NCBI GenBank assembly: GCA_000002445.1
Contig: CP000071.1
Span: 1,440,001 to 1,504,000, forward strand
Length of the DNA: 64,000 nucleotides
Direction of reading: 5' to 3'
From: Trypanosoma brucei
Taxonomy: Eukaryota
Shown: in pieces, positions 12,352 through 23,532 of the stretch
How positions within the stretch are numbered: the stretch's first letter is position 1
How the letters are laid out: every line of letters starts with the position of its first letter
Position numbers and translations under genes: made by a program
The notes under the pieces: model-generated
Told to the model about the DNA's origin: nothing
Seen by the model: only the letters and a program-made list of their open reading frames with translations
The model's database searches: none

Positions 12352-15300
12352 ATGTCTTCGGAGGCGGTAAAAAGACATATATTGGCTGCGATTCATACCC
12401 TGAATATTCCCTTGGACCTAGCACCAAGTTCGACCAAGGTGGATGAGGTTTGTTCTGCAGCGAAACTGCTTCGTAATCGCGTTCTTCGAGAAATCGCACG
12501 TGTTGAAAAGTCAATAGAAATGTTAAAGCAGAGGCAGTACGGTGACGCTGATGAGAGCGAGATGGACGAAGAGGCTATATCTGAAAATGTGGGGAGCTCA
12601 ATAGACACACATAATCTTACCAGGTACGATTTTATGTTTATAAGCGAAATGATGGTTATGGAAAATCTTGTTGTTCCGTTATTACTGGCTCACGGGATGA
12701 ACTTTGCGACTTCGCTTTTGCCACAACTGCTAAAGCTTCTCGCAGTAATGCTTCTACCTATTATACCGTGTTCTCATGAGGTACCACGTCAGCTAGATTA
12801 TGTTCGTCGTCTAATCGAGCGGTGTGGAACAGATGACTTTTTCTGGCTCTTGATTCAGTGTATTGTTCCGGTCACGGAGAAGCGCTCCAAAGGTGAAGCC
12901 CGAAAAGAAGACTCTATTCTTCTTGAAATTGTGCTAAAGATGATTGCTCTGTTTTTTACGGGTCCAAGAGAAAGTGTTGCGCAAGTTATCGGTGCCTTTG
13001 GCCGAAACCATGGGATCGAGCTGTTTCTTGTGGTACTGAATCAGAATTATGCTCGGTATGAACATAGAAATAACAAAGATAGCAATGATGTAGCGGTCGA
13101 TCCCATATCTCCCTCAGCCGGTACGAGTAATACAGAACGCTCTGGCGTGATTGTTCTTGATGGTGACACAGATGAGGAAGATGCGGTGGATTTGTCTGGG
13201 GAAAGCAACTCTGGGGAGGAATCAAGCGATACGGGATCCACTAATTCTGAGAGGTTTGGTCGAGTTTCAAACCACCTTAACGTTGATGATCAATACAGCG
13301 CGCGGATTGTCGAAATACTTGAAAGTGATGACCAGTTATGGAAGTGGAACACCCACATCATTACCGCGATGTCTGCAATACTTCGCTGTGCGCAATCGGC
13401 TGAACTTGCAAAACTAATATTTACCTCGAAATTCCGTCAGGGGTCATCCCAGCAGTTAGCTTCTCTGGCAGAAAATTCCAAGCGGTTTCGGGAATTTACG
13501 TCTGAGTCGAAGAAATGGAGACATGTTGCAAGAAGCAGGAATGGTGCCGTGAGTTCCAATGGTTTGCTTGTGCGTGGTACATCTTCACATCTGCAGGGAG
13601 AGGGAGGTGTGATTGGATACACGTCAACACTTCTAGGTTATCGAACAAAAGATCCTATTGAAAAGGTCCGTGAAATTGACTCAAAAAAAAGAGGCCGTTA
13701 TGTAAAAGGAACGTCTGACGATGCTTCCATCATATGTAACCTTTCTCTACCGACGAAAATTCAGTTGGCAGAACAATGTCTCTCGTTTATATGCTATGGA
13801 TTTGAACCCTTAAGCATTATGGTTTGGGATCGTCTGGCTAAATCGATTGCCTCCTTTAGAGACGCTGTGTGTGAACGGAAAGAGTTCATAGCGGGACGCA
13901 AATCGTCTGGGGAGGATGTTGAACTTCCGTCAGAGTTCGAGAAAAGTGTATACGAGTCGATGCAACAAGTTCTAAATTACCTGGAAATGTGTACCTCATT
14001 ACTACGTTACACCAGGGAAGCTGTTCGTTTGAAAAAAGAGGGAATCGATGATGAGCCTTCTCAGTTTTTTAATCAGCAGTGGAAGTGCATTTCAAGTGTA
14101 ATAACTCTTGAGCACATATTTAGCGGCTTTGAGCTGCTGCGTGTACTTTTAATGTCTCCAGATTTGAGGCGGCGGTTCGGCGTATGGACTGTGGCGAACT
14201 ATCTTGCCGAACTTTTTATGACTCTGAACCACCTGGTGGACGGCGACATAGTGGAGGACCCTCATGTGATTGGCGCCGCGCATGCTTTAGTCTCTTCAGT
14301 ACTTTACAAGGAGGAATATGTCCAGTTGGTGTTCGATACCATATCGAAGACGTCAACCAAGCCCATTTCTCCATACCGTGCCAGTGTGCTAGTATTACTG
14401 CTTTACTCCGTGTTGCGACTTATGGAGAAATGTAGTTTCGGCGGCCGTTTGTTATTTCCACGAAGGAAGAAGAAAGCGAGCAAATTCGTTGTTCATGAGA
14501 CGGAGGACAATGTAGGCATATGTTTTAATGAAGCAGATATGCCAATTGTTGAGTGTGACCCTCATGTTTCGTCCGAAGCAGTTAAAGATCGGCCAATCGC
14601 TAATGGAGAGATAACCGACCCATCAACTATTTCGTCATTGCAAATATCTTCAAATGTTATTTCGATGAATGAAGTGCCTGAGGGCAGCGGCAGAGTTGAG
14701 GAGTTATGCGCCGGAGACCGATCCGTTGCAGGTGAAAGTTGGGTTAACTCGACTCACAATGGCGAAAGGGAAGTGAACATGCGTCAATACTTCAAGCGCC
14801 TTTCCACCGGACAAAATGTTTCTGTATTGCTTTCGTCACTTTGTCACTGGAGAGCGAACGATTCGGATGTAAACGAGGGGTTGGAATTTTTGATTCGCTC
14901 CTTTATGGCCGAAGGTTGTGTTACCACATTGTTTAGTGCATCCTTCCTTATTACCATGAGGGATATTTTGACCAATGGTAGCGAAACACACCGTGGGTTG
15001 TATGAGGCATGTGACGAAGTTATTTATTTGTTTTTTAATCCCCCTTCTGCCAAGTTTTTTGACGAACGGAAGGAAATCGAGTTCGCGTCTTCTTCTGGTA
15101 TTTTACAGGGATCTGAATCATTTCTGGGATTTGAAGTGTCGTTGCGATGTGCCCGATCATTATTCTGCTTTAGTTCGACAGAGTACATGATTTTAGAGGA
15201 AAAGGGGTTTCCTGACTTCAGAGATTCCACTGTTATTCCCTTAGCGAGTGAGGGCACAGTGGTCAACGGCTCAGGGAAAGAAAGTGTCGAACTCGGTGTT

Positions 15301-15438
15301 TTCAGCACAAAGAAACCTCGGGACAAACGAGAGTCGTTGTCAAGACAAAAGGGAGGAAAACGAAGGAAATTCGACGATGAAAACGTGGATGTTTCCATAG
15401 ATGAACAGGCCGATATTGCTGTCGGTCTAGAAGTTTAA
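12352..15438 (+). CDS. Conserved hypothetical protein, 1028 aa; first long gene of the plus-strand cluster
   Basis: ATG verified at 12352 (aatgtcttcggaggcg = MSSEA). Long uninterrupted ORF with an acidic low-complexity stretch (DTDEEDAVDLSGESNSGEESSD). I recognise no domain. Confidence 0.7.
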   Translation: MSSEAVKRHILAAIHTLNIPLDLAPSSTKVDEVCSAAKLLRNRVLREIARVEKSIEMLKQRQYGDADESEMDEEAISENVGSSIDTHNLTRYDFMFISEMMVMENLVVPLLLAHGMNFATSLLPQLLKLLAVMLLPIIPCSHEVPRQLDYVRRLIERCGTDDFFWLLIQCIVPVTEKRSKGEARKEDSILLEIVLKMIALFFTGPRESVAQVIGAFGRNHGIELFLVVLNQNYARYEHRNNKDSNDVAVDPISPSAGTSNTERSGVIVLDGDTDEEDAVDLSGESNSGEESSDTGSTNSERFGRVSNHLNVDDQYSARIVEILESDDQLWKWNTHIITAMSAILRCAQSAELAKLIFTSKFRQGSSQQLASLAENSKRFREFTSESKKWRHVARSRNGAVSSNGLLVRGTSSHLQGEGGVIGYTSTLLGYRTKDPIEKVREIDSKKRGRYVKGTSDDASIICNLSLPTKIQLAEQCLSFICYGFEPLSIMVWDRLAKSIASFRDAVCERKEFIAGRKSSGEDVELPSEFEKSVYESMQQVLNYLEMCTSLLRYTREAVRLKKEGIDDEPSQFFNQQWKCISSVITLEHIFSGFELLRVLLMSPDLRRRFGVWTVANYLAELFMTLNHLVDGDIVEDPHVIGAAHALVSSVLYKEEYVQLVFDTISKTSTKPISPYRASVLVLLLYSVLRLMEKCSFGGRLLFPRRKKKASKFVVHETEDNVGICFNEADMPIVECDPHVSSEAVKDRPIANGEITDPSTISSLQISSNVISMNEVPEGSGRVEELCAGDRSVAGESWVNSTHNGEREVNMRQYFKRLSTGQNVSVLLSSLCHWRANDSDVNEGLEFLIRSFMAEGCVTTLFSASFLITMRDILTNGSETHRGLYEACDEVIYLFFNPPSAKFFDERKEIEFASSSGILQGSESFLGFEVSLRCARSLFCFSSTEYMILEEKGFPDFRDSTVIPLASEGTVVNGSGKESVELGVFSTKKPRDKRESLSRQKGGKRRKFDDENVDVSIDEQADIAVGLEV

Positions 15439-15684
15439 TAGAATTACAATGAACCAGTGGTATAAAACCTAATAAAAATGACGTAGTGTTAGGGTTACGT
15501 ACGGATGTGAATGCTGGTCGTTAGGTTGCAGGATTCCTCATTTCCTTTGCCAAATGGTGCCTCTAACACCTTCTATTCTTTACTTTTGTTATTTCCCTTT
15601 GTAGTTGTAGGAATTTTGACGTTCTTCAATCAACGCGTTTCTTCGACTTTCCTCCCCAAGTGAACACGATTGCTCGTATTGAAA

Positions 15685-16029
15685 ATGCCCGCCAGACCCA
15701 ATGAAGAACAGTATACTCCGGAGATGTTGCAGCTTCGCGTGAAGCAAGGACTCCAAAAGCGCAAGAAGTGCGCTCTTTGTCTGCATGTGTTTCATGTCAA
15801 CGAACTGCCTGGAGCTATCACTCACAAATCTATACTGGAACTTCGGAAAAAATGGGGGTTAGACGTAAGGCGCGGTGACCGCATGCCTCCCCCCTCGCAG
15901 TTGTACAAAAGAGAGGAGTTGTGCGTCTTTTGCATGCAGTTCTTCGGTACGAGTGGTAGCACACAATCTCAGCAACAACTTCTGGCTTCCACACGTGGAG
16001 GAATGCCGGCTCGTTTAACCCTCCGTTAG
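15685..16029 (+). CDS. Small hypothetical protein (~114 aa) with paired CxxC motifs (CALC ... CVFC), possible zinc ribbon
   Basis: Track ORF 15670-16029 begins with TTG. The first in-frame ATG is at 15685 (atgcccgccagaccc = MPARP). Two CxxC pairs sit about 60 aa apart. Assignment as a real gene rests mainly on same-strand position within the cluster. Confidence 0.4.
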   Translation: MPARPNEEQYTPEMLQLRVKQGLQKRKKCALCLHVFHVNELPGAITHKSILELRKKWGLDVRRGDRMPPPSQLYKREELCVFCMQFFGTSGSTQSQQQLLASTRGGMPARLTLR

Positions 16030-17054
16030 AGATGAAAGGGATACCCAATCTTTTTGCGTTTCTTCCTTTTTTGTAGCTCAACCAACAGCATATATAGTAT
16101 GTACAAATATTTGCTTGTGGGATGACTTGGATCCCTTCTACACGGGCGTGTATCGTGTCTATGTATCTACCTTCCCCCCTTTTGCTCTACTTAACTTTGA
16201 CATGTCAATGTTACATTCCCTTCTACTCTTTTTGTTCCTGGTGGTGGCCTTGCTGCTCATAGACCCAAAGGACAACTTCAAAATGACTTCAGGCCGGAGG
16301 ATACCACGGAAATTGCCACCTTATGGATCTGATGGTCAGTTGTGGCGGACGAGTTGGTGAGAATGCATTTCGTTTGTGGTGCGACATTGTTTTTATGAAA
16401 GTTGTTCGGAACTTCCTGTAGGCGCGAGTGTGCCTGCATGTGGCGTTGCGAAGCGTAAGATGTGAAGATGCAACCACGTAGCGTGAGCTGCGAGTGGTTT
16501 GACGTTCTGGGTATCAGTTGTTGGTAAGTGGACATGGGGGGGGGCATTCCTTCCCTAGCTCCCCATCAGCGTCCGTCCGGGGACGTTGGGCGTTAGTTTA
16601 TACAAGCCGCAAAGTTGGTGCCTTTGCCATGTTTCCCTCGGTCATGTGGACAGTGTGTGAGTTGGCTGTTAGTTGGCAATAGGGTTGACATCGGTTGATA
16701 TGCAGATGCTACGGAAGGTGCCGAACGTCCTTTGAAACCCTGAGTTTTTGCGTTATACACGAAACTCCCTTGTTGGGCGCTCTTTTCTTTTTTGCTTTCT
16801 TACGACCTTGCTGACTTCGACTGGCGTTTGGCGGGAGAGGATGGGCACCTTCTGTTCGGGCATGTACCGGGTAATATCAGGCTTTTCCGCAGAACAAAAA
16901 AAACTCTGGGGCGATGTTGAAAGATTTTTGTAAGTGTCATGTTAATTGGCTTCACTATACCTTTACTCTTGTTGTGCTGTTTCCCTTCCTTGCCACCAAC
17001 ATTCGCACGAATGGAAAAAATTAAGTGGAAAAATCTGTGCTCAAAGGTTGAGCA

Positions 17055-18620
17055 ATGTTCCAACTGACCTTGCGCCACCATAGCAAACGCACGCCCGGTT
17101 ATGTGTTTTGGCGGCAGAGTACTCTGGTTGAACTTGAACATGCTAGGCGGAATTATCTGTTGTCAGAGCGGCCCCTTCCAATCGCTGACGTTGCGCGTCG
17201 GATGGTGCGTGTGAAGTCACGATATCTGGACACGAAAGACTTCAACGAGAAGAGCCTACTGCGGGGCGAGTACAAGTACTTTTCCGGGAAATCTTGTGAC
17301 ATCCGGCATGCACGACCCGAAGACCTGGTTGCTTATGTTGAATGTGGCTCTTTCTTCGGTTTTTGGGACGCGGCTCAAATGAATCGCATCCTTCAAGAGC
17401 TGTTGCTGAAGCTTGATGAGCTGGGTGCTGCGGAACTCTTTCACCTCTTTACTTCGCTTCCATCACTGCGAAAGCAGACGGGCGAGTTGCATTTCTGCGT
17501 GGCCCGCCGTCTTGTCGATGAAATATCGAATCTCACAGTAGATGAGTGTATCCACGTTTGTGCGGCATGCGATCAGGCAACGCCGCGCGAGCTTGTGCGG
17601 GGCTTGGTCCAAATGATTGGACCGATGGTTTCTAACCGTGCACTTAGCGCAGCGCAGTGTGTTGAGATAATGGACACACTTGGCGCTTGTTGCCTTCCGG
17701 GGGAGAACCGTGAGTTTGATCTGTTTTTTAAGGATACAAAAGAAGTTGTGGTTTTGGGGATGACTACTTTGGGCGTGATGGACATCGCTGTTGCCTGCAC
17801 CTCAATGAGGCTCCTTGGTATTTTGGATGCCATCACAGAGAAGGAGGCAGTTCGTTTGTTTACGTCTCGCTTGAATGAGACATGTGCGAGTTCGATGGCT
17901 ATGATGTTCTCGGCTGTTGGGAGCGATTTTATCTTCTGCCAAGCTGTTGGGGAGAGAGTCGTTTACCTAGCCACAGACTTCACACCAAGCGAAATGCTTA
18001 GCATTTTTGCAGTGTACTTGACCAACATCGTTTCACTCTGCCCGGCGTCTAGTGGAGGAGTCGCCATCGGTGACAGTGCATGTGAGATGCCGCAGGAGGA
18101 GTGGACCGCGGGTCGCGGTGTTGGCGAGCGACATTTTGCTCATCAGCGTCGAAATGACCTCCTCAATGTGATTAGGGAGTTGATGGACCAGACATTGTCG
18201 TTACTCGAGTCGGCTTCAGCCTACGTGTCACCAGTTTCTCAGCTCCAGTTCGTGGCGGTGTTCCACCGTGCTGTTGAAAATCTCTGTGGTGATGTGGAGC
18301 AGCTTTTGAATTTTCTTCCTTCTCTGAACCGTTGCATGCAGCTGCTTTCCGCAAAACTGATTGCATCCCTCACGCAGTACACATATTCTGAACTGATTGT
18401 GCTGCTGCAAATGTGCAATCCACTAGGCAGACTGCTGACAAACGCCGCGGTTGGAGCAGTCGTACATGAACTCCTCCGGCGGGAGGTCGGTGCTTCTGGG
18501 GGCGAAGCCATGTCAATCTACGCAACTCTTCGGCAGCTCACGGGGTTGCGAGCCGAGTATCGTGTCCGAATTGAAAGGGACCTCCTGCCAAGGTTGCTTG
18601 CCCGGTGCTCGCACACTTAA
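17055..18620 (+). CDS. Conserved hypothetical protein, 521 aa
   Basis: ATG verified at 17055 (atgttccaactgacc = MFQLT). Leucine-rich alpha-helical composition and a possible N-terminal organellar presequence (MFQLTLRHHSKRTPG). No confident domain call. Confidence 0.6.
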   Translation: MFQLTLRHHSKRTPGYVFWRQSTLVELEHARRNYLLSERPLPIADVARRMVRVKSRYLDTKDFNEKSLLRGEYKYFSGKSCDIRHARPEDLVAYVECGSFFGFWDAAQMNRILQELLLKLDELGAAELFHLFTSLPSLRKQTGELHFCVARRLVDEISNLTVDECIHVCAACDQATPRELVRGLVQMIGPMVSNRALSAAQCVEIMDTLGACCLPGENREFDLFFKDTKEVVVLGMTTLGVMDIAVACTSMRLLGILDAITEKEAVRLFTSRLNETCASSMAMMFSAVGSDFIFCQAVGERVVYLATDFTPSEMLSIFAVYLTNIVSLCPASSGGVAIGDSACEMPQEEWTAGRGVGERHFAHQRRNDLLNVIRELMDQTLSLLESASAYVSPVSQLQFVAVFHRAVENLCGDVEQLLNFLPSLNRCMQLLSAKLIASLTQYTYSELIVLLQMCNPLGRLLTNAAVGAVVHELLRREVGASGGEAMSIYATLRQLTGLRAEYRVRIERDLLPRLLARCSHT

Positions 18621-19001
18621 TGGAATTCGTGCGTCATGTCGTTGTGCCCTTCGACAGGCGCATACCACTCGTTTACGTCTAATGGCTGCATACTTGCTAG
18701 GCAATGCATGTGCATGCGTGCAAGGAGAACCTCCCTCTCGTTTTGCCGCCTCTGTGCCAATATTACAGTGTCCTTCTCTCCCCCATCTTGCTCATCGTTT
18801 TGCGTATGGTCGCTTGTCGGCGGGTTGCGGTGGCTCAATTTGTCGGTCATGCCACATACTTGTAGGGGAAGGCCGTTACGTGCCGATACATAAGCGATTT
18901 TTTTTTTTTTTGCGTGGTGAAGTGGTGCAACCCCACTGGTTCACGCGTTGTTTACCTCCGATAGGGGCTGTCACCTACGCGTAGGTTAATATATCGTGGG
19001 C

Positions 19002-19919
19002 ATGTTTCAGAGGGCTAGATTTCTCCTTTTACCAATAGATGATGTCTTGCCTGCCGGTAGTCGTTGGTCGCGTGTGACAGCACTGCCAACGTCGCATGCT
19101 CACCCTTCCGGTGCGTCTCGGGCTTCCCGTACAGGGCCGGTCACAGCCAATACCACCTCAGCGCTACCGCCAACGCCTTACATAACCTTCATACCCACCC
19201 TTCACGTGGCATCGGTGAAATTTTATGACGCCGTTCTTGATTACATGAGGGAATCCGTCGAAAAGAACAGTAATGTCGTCGTCCTATTGGAAGGTATCTG
19301 CGATAACAAGGAGGGAAGAATACAGCAGATGGACGAATACATGCAAATTTCACGGAGTGAGGAGTTACGTGCCGCCATGCTTGAGAAGGCTGAGAAAAAC
19401 ACACTGTACAATGACGAAACTATTCGTACAATTTGTGATGAGCTGGCTGTCAACTACGATGTTCTGAGCAGAGAGTTGGAAACAGTTCGTCTGCAGGAAT
19501 GCTACCTCCGCCCGAAAATGGCTGCCCTTATGGGGAAGAATCTTTGCAACGAAGCCGACATCGACATGGAGGAAGTTGAAGCCCTGATGTTGGAAGGGGA
19601 TAACAATGATCATAGTGGAAGCTATGGCGCTTGCGGCAGCGGGTCTGTCGTACCAATCACTAGCATCGGTTCCCATCCCGCGGTGCGCCGAAGTCGTGAG
19701 ATGAAAGTTGCGCGCAAAGCGCGTGCAACCTGTGTTGATTGGTTGAAGCATGGCGTGGCCGGTGAGGTAATTCTTCCCTGGGGAATATACCATGTTGAAG
19801 GCATACAGCGTAACGTGCTGTCGTTGAATGCGCAGGACGAGGGAATTGTATTCGTTGAGAGTGGTAACGATATTCGCCATGTGCCGTTTGGCATTCACAG
19901 AGATCTTTTGGTTTTGTGA
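19002..19919 (+). CDS. Hypothetical protein with candidate TraB/PrgY-family domain
   Basis: Track ORF starts with GTG at 18996. The first ATG is at 19002 (MFQRARFLL). An N-terminal block IPTLHVASVKFYDAVLDYMRE..VVVLLEG resembles the TraB GTAHVS..V..VVVELC motif. A C-terminal block ILPWGIYHVEGIQRNV resembles the TraB GxGHVxGIxxN motif. The family call is from memory of motifs only. Confidence 0.5.
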   Translation: MFQRARFLLLPIDDVLPAGSRWSRVTALPTSHAHPSGASRASRTGPVTANTTSALPPTPYITFIPTLHVASVKFYDAVLDYMRESVEKNSNVVVLLEGICDNKEGRIQQMDEYMQISRSEELRAAMLEKAEKNTLYNDETIRTICDELAVNYDVLSRELETVRLQECYLRPKMAALMGKNLCNEADIDMEEVEALMLEGDNNDHSGSYGACGSGSVVPITSIGSHPAVRRSREMKVARKARATCVDWLKHGVAGEVILPWGIYHVEGIQRNVLSLNAQDEGIVFVESGNDIRHVPFGIHRDLLVL

Positions 19920-20550
19920 GTGAAATATCTCTTTAAACCCTGCGTTCCTTCGACTCTCTTGCACCCCGTTTTCTGAAGTTTCAAAAGTTCATGTTTTTCA
20001 GCCTTATTAACGTGTTGCCGCAGGCTACGATGCATTATAGCAGACGGGCACAGTGCCGTATTTGTCGTTCCACATATGAGGTGGGGTGACGCGATCAAGT
20101 TTCCATCTACCTTTCCCAAGGGGAGTTTCTACTTGGCGGGCTGGTGGTCCGCCGGTTGCCTACCATTTTGTTGGTTCTGACATTATTTGGCATTGCTGTT
20201 TTATCTACTTTTTTTTTCACTTGTTGCTTTCCCCATGCTCCTTTCTACCTCTTTATATATGTGTGTCTACGTGTCCTCTGTGAACACGTGTCGCATACTT
20301 CGCTTGCTCATATGGTTGTAAGGGAATACTTATTTGGAGAGTCGCATCCCTCTACACGGACTTCGGGATCTGGTGACTCTGCCCGTCTTCTGGGGTTATT
20401 CAGTTCATTCCTTCGTCCCCGTAGGCACTTTGGACGGAAAAACAAGCCTTTCCCCCTTCTAAGGTTGTATTCCACCCTTCACATCGTCGTGTACATAAGG
20501 CGCGTCTTTGAGGGCTCCGCTCGCGTGCTTGCCCCTTTTCTTAACGGTTG

Positions 20551-22203
20551 ATGGGATCCTGCTGCGGAGCGAACGCGATGCCAGTGGTGGATAATAGTGA
20601 GAACTCTAAACCCCAACGGAAGCGCAATGTTACGTTTTCAACGTTTCCCGCCCTCGATATTGAAGTTCACCGACCCGGGGGGGATGCGGACAGTATGCTC
20701 AGTCTAACCCGCAGAAGCAGTACTTTTCCAATGGATCAGACCATGTACACTGTTAGTGAGTTCAACGCCACCTTAGCAGACACTGTGCGCAGTTTAAATC
20801 TAACTCCCCGGGATGATGTTGGTCGAAGCCTGGTGACGAACGGTCTGGATGAGGTTAGTGAGCGAGACGTTGACAGCTTCGTAGATGACGTTCTTCATAT
20901 AGGTCTGTTAGATTCACTTGTTACGGTTGAGGAGCGCGTCGGCAACGGTTACGGCCTTGGCAGCAGGTGCCTATCTCCCTCTGGGGGACTCGGAGGACCT
21001 GTGTGGCTTTCGAAGGAGCAGTTGCAGTACTTAGAGAGAGCTCCGGACACTTCAGAGCGACTTGCTCGTCTAGCAGAGCTTGAAGAAATGTCGCGCCAAG
21101 AGATTTTTGCGGCGTGGTTGATGAATTCTACCCTCCTGAAGATGGGGGCGGCACGGGTTATACCAACAATCCGGCGTTGCCGAGCGGCGAATGAGAAGGC
21201 GTCTAAGAATAGAGATGTCATCGTTATCCACGCCAAAGACATTAACGTGCGTGCTAACGACGATCCAGGCCTAGAGAGAAACTGGAACTCGCCCCGATTT
21301 GAGGCTCTTGGCCACACTGGCTCCTTTTCGCCTCCTGATGAGTCCGGTGTGGATGAACCGTCACCCGAAGTAACGGAGCATTACCAGATATTGGCGTTGA
21401 CGGGACGCGCCGTCAACGTAAAGAACAAGGTTCGTTCGCACATCGTATCGGATACGTGGGATTTCCTGTCGAGATGCGAAGCCTCCGAGGTTCTTAACAA
21501 GGGCGATGTGTTTTTTAGGTTCGTCTGTAGTCCGATTACGAACTTAAGTGAAGATAGTCTCAAAATTATCGACACCTTGATAAACCTGTCCAGCTTCAGA
21601 GATGAGTTGGGGGAGAACAACGTGCCAAGAGTAGATGTCTATTCTAATGAAGAGCAACGGAAATACGTCTCTATTTTGGTGAAAACGATGAATTTGTTAC
21701 CAGGTGTGTCTATTTCCAGCATAACACCCGAACTTGTTGCAAGCCTTGACTATCAGCGTAGCTGTCAGCCTGGTGAAAATAAGTTTGAACCGAGCGATGA
21801 CCCACACACTTTTAGGCAGGTCAAGACCTTGATTAGGTTTATATATAGTATAACCATTCAAATGAAGGTAAGCGAAATAACAGATTCCAACGTGCTCCTT
21901 AATCTCAAGGAGATTGATGGCATGGTTCCCGCCAAAGCGTTGATGCTGGAGCGAACAAAAAAAAACATAATGTCATCCGACTCCACGGTGAAGGTTCGTT
22001 CTTTTCTGCTGTATTATCCTGTGAATGAGGGCGTGCTCGTTAATAACCAAACCATTGTTATAAACAAGTCTCTCCCTCGTGTCGCTTCGAAGCTTCTCCA
22101 GACGTTTGGTTCCCAAGGCGCCTCGGATGCAGTGAAAACGGCTGTGCAAACACGAAATTACTTCTTTAATCGCTTCGGGGATGGCAGGACGGGGGGAATT
22201 TGA
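20551..22203 (+). CDS. Hypothetical protein, 550 aa, with N-terminal MGSCCG (predicted N-myristoylation plus S-palmitoylation signal)
   Basis: Track ORF starts with TTG at 20548. ATG at 20551 gives MGSCCGANAMP. Gly2 with Cys4/Cys5 matches the dual-acylation pattern of trypanosome flagellar-membrane proteins such as calflagins. Confidence 0.65.
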   Translation: MGSCCGANAMPVVDNSENSKPQRKRNVTFSTFPALDIEVHRPGGDADSMLSLTRRSSTFPMDQTMYTVSEFNATLADTVRSLNLTPRDDVGRSLVTNGLDEVSERDVDSFVDDVLHIGLLDSLVTVEERVGNGYGLGSRCLSPSGGLGGPVWLSKEQLQYLERAPDTSERLARLAELEEMSRQEIFAAWLMNSTLLKMGAARVIPTIRRCRAANEKASKNRDVIVIHAKDINVRANDDPGLERNWNSPRFEALGHTGSFSPPDESGVDEPSPEVTEHYQILALTGRAVNVKNKVRSHIVSDTWDFLSRCEASEVLNKGDVFFRFVCSPITNLSEDSLKIIDTLINLSSFRDELGENNVPRVDVYSNEEQRKYVSILVKTMNLLPGVSISSITPELVASLDYQRSCQPGENKFEPSDDPHTFRQVKTLIRFIYSITIQMKVSEITDSNVLLNLKEIDGMVPAKALMLERTKKNIMSSDSTVKVRSFLLYYPVNEGVLVNNQTIVINKSLPRVASKLLQTFGSQGASDAVKTAVQTRNYFFNRFGDGRTGGI

Positions 22204-22595
22204 TTGTTATATTATTATTATTATTTTTTTTTTTTTTTGGTACCCCCTTCATTCCCTCCAATTTTTTTTGTGTGTGTGCATAGACGTCTGATATTGTGCC
22301 AATGCAACCAGCTGATGGATGTAGCTCGCGGTACATACTTTGCGTGCACCGTGGTGGTGCCGCTACATGTAAGCAGAGGAATGGAGCGATGAGAAAACAA
22401 GCGAGCGAAGAAAAGGTAGAGGGCTATAGGTTATAGGAGTGGGGCAGATAATTCGTTATATTTATTTTTTGTTGTCAATATTGTTGTCTTTCTTTAGCGC
22501 TGTTGTGGATGCGTGGGTGGCTTCGGTCTTGTTGCTGATGGGTCCGAATGTGTTGTGCACGTTCTTACACATCCAATTGTTCTTTCGCTACGTAT

Positions 22596-22606
<11 letters not shown>

Positions 22607-22640
<34 letters not shown>
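22607..22640. repeat. (CA)n dinucleotide microsatellite in intergenic region
   Basis: Direct read: cacacaca... about 17 units. Confidence 0.9.
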
Positions 22641-22643
<3 letters not shown>

Positions 22644-23532
22644 ACATGTATGTATGCATGCATTCCTCCTTGCAGTACCTGAAGTCAGAGAATGTAACGA
22701 GTATACTGAATGAGGACCGTAAGGAAGGGGGTTAGGGGAGAAAGAATGGAGAAGCTTGAAGTTTGTACTCGCGTTGCGTGTTCATGCCGACGGGATGTGA
22801 ATGAGCACAATGCCGAGAGTTATTCGGATGCTACCGGCTATCATGAATCGGGGCCGTCGGTGGAGAATTAATTTCATGATGCTCACACGCTCGACTACGT
22901 GGTGGTAAGTGGTGGATGTGGAAGGAGTGCCCTTTGTGGTGTTTGGAGAACTTCACACCCTTCCCCTTCCTTCCTTCCGTTTATCTCACTATTACTTATC
23001 CATTGTTTGTGGTTTCATAGTTTCGCCTTTCAAAATATATTAAAGAATAGCAGGCTGACGGCTTGTGCTTCATATCCCTTTGGGATGCTCTTCGCTCTCC
23101 CCCCCTGTCGTCACTTGTCTTGACCCTCTCTTTCTACCACCCAAAAGCCCTGCGATTGCTTTTTGTACCGGTCTCCGACTCAGTCTGCTGAGACTACAGT
23201 TGCTGTCCGTTCTCAGGTGTCCTTTCATTCCCCTTTTGCACGTCTTTTTTTTTTTTTTAGCTAGCCGTCAAGTGGCGCAGTTTATTTACCGAGCAGTGCC
23301 CATTCTTCGTTGGCGTGCTGTGCAGGTCCACGCCCCACATCGTTCGAAGGCAAGGGGAGTGGAGTAGCGAAGAAGGAGCGGAAGAACACGAAAGAAAGGG
23401 CTTCACACACCTCATTGGAAATTTACTTCGGGGTGCTGTTTTCCCCGTCTTTACCTACCGACCACAAGTTTCCCTGCCAAATCTGGCCGCTGTGAGTGGA
23501 GAGAGCGATAAATTTTTGCTTTCTGAGGGATC

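Noticed and set aside
16115-16360. 81-aa plus-strand ORF with a hydrophobic segment between the small Zn-ribbon-like gene and the 521-aa gene
   Set aside because: It is short and low-complexity (LLFLFLVVALLL) with no recognisable motif. It could be real, but the evidence is insufficient.
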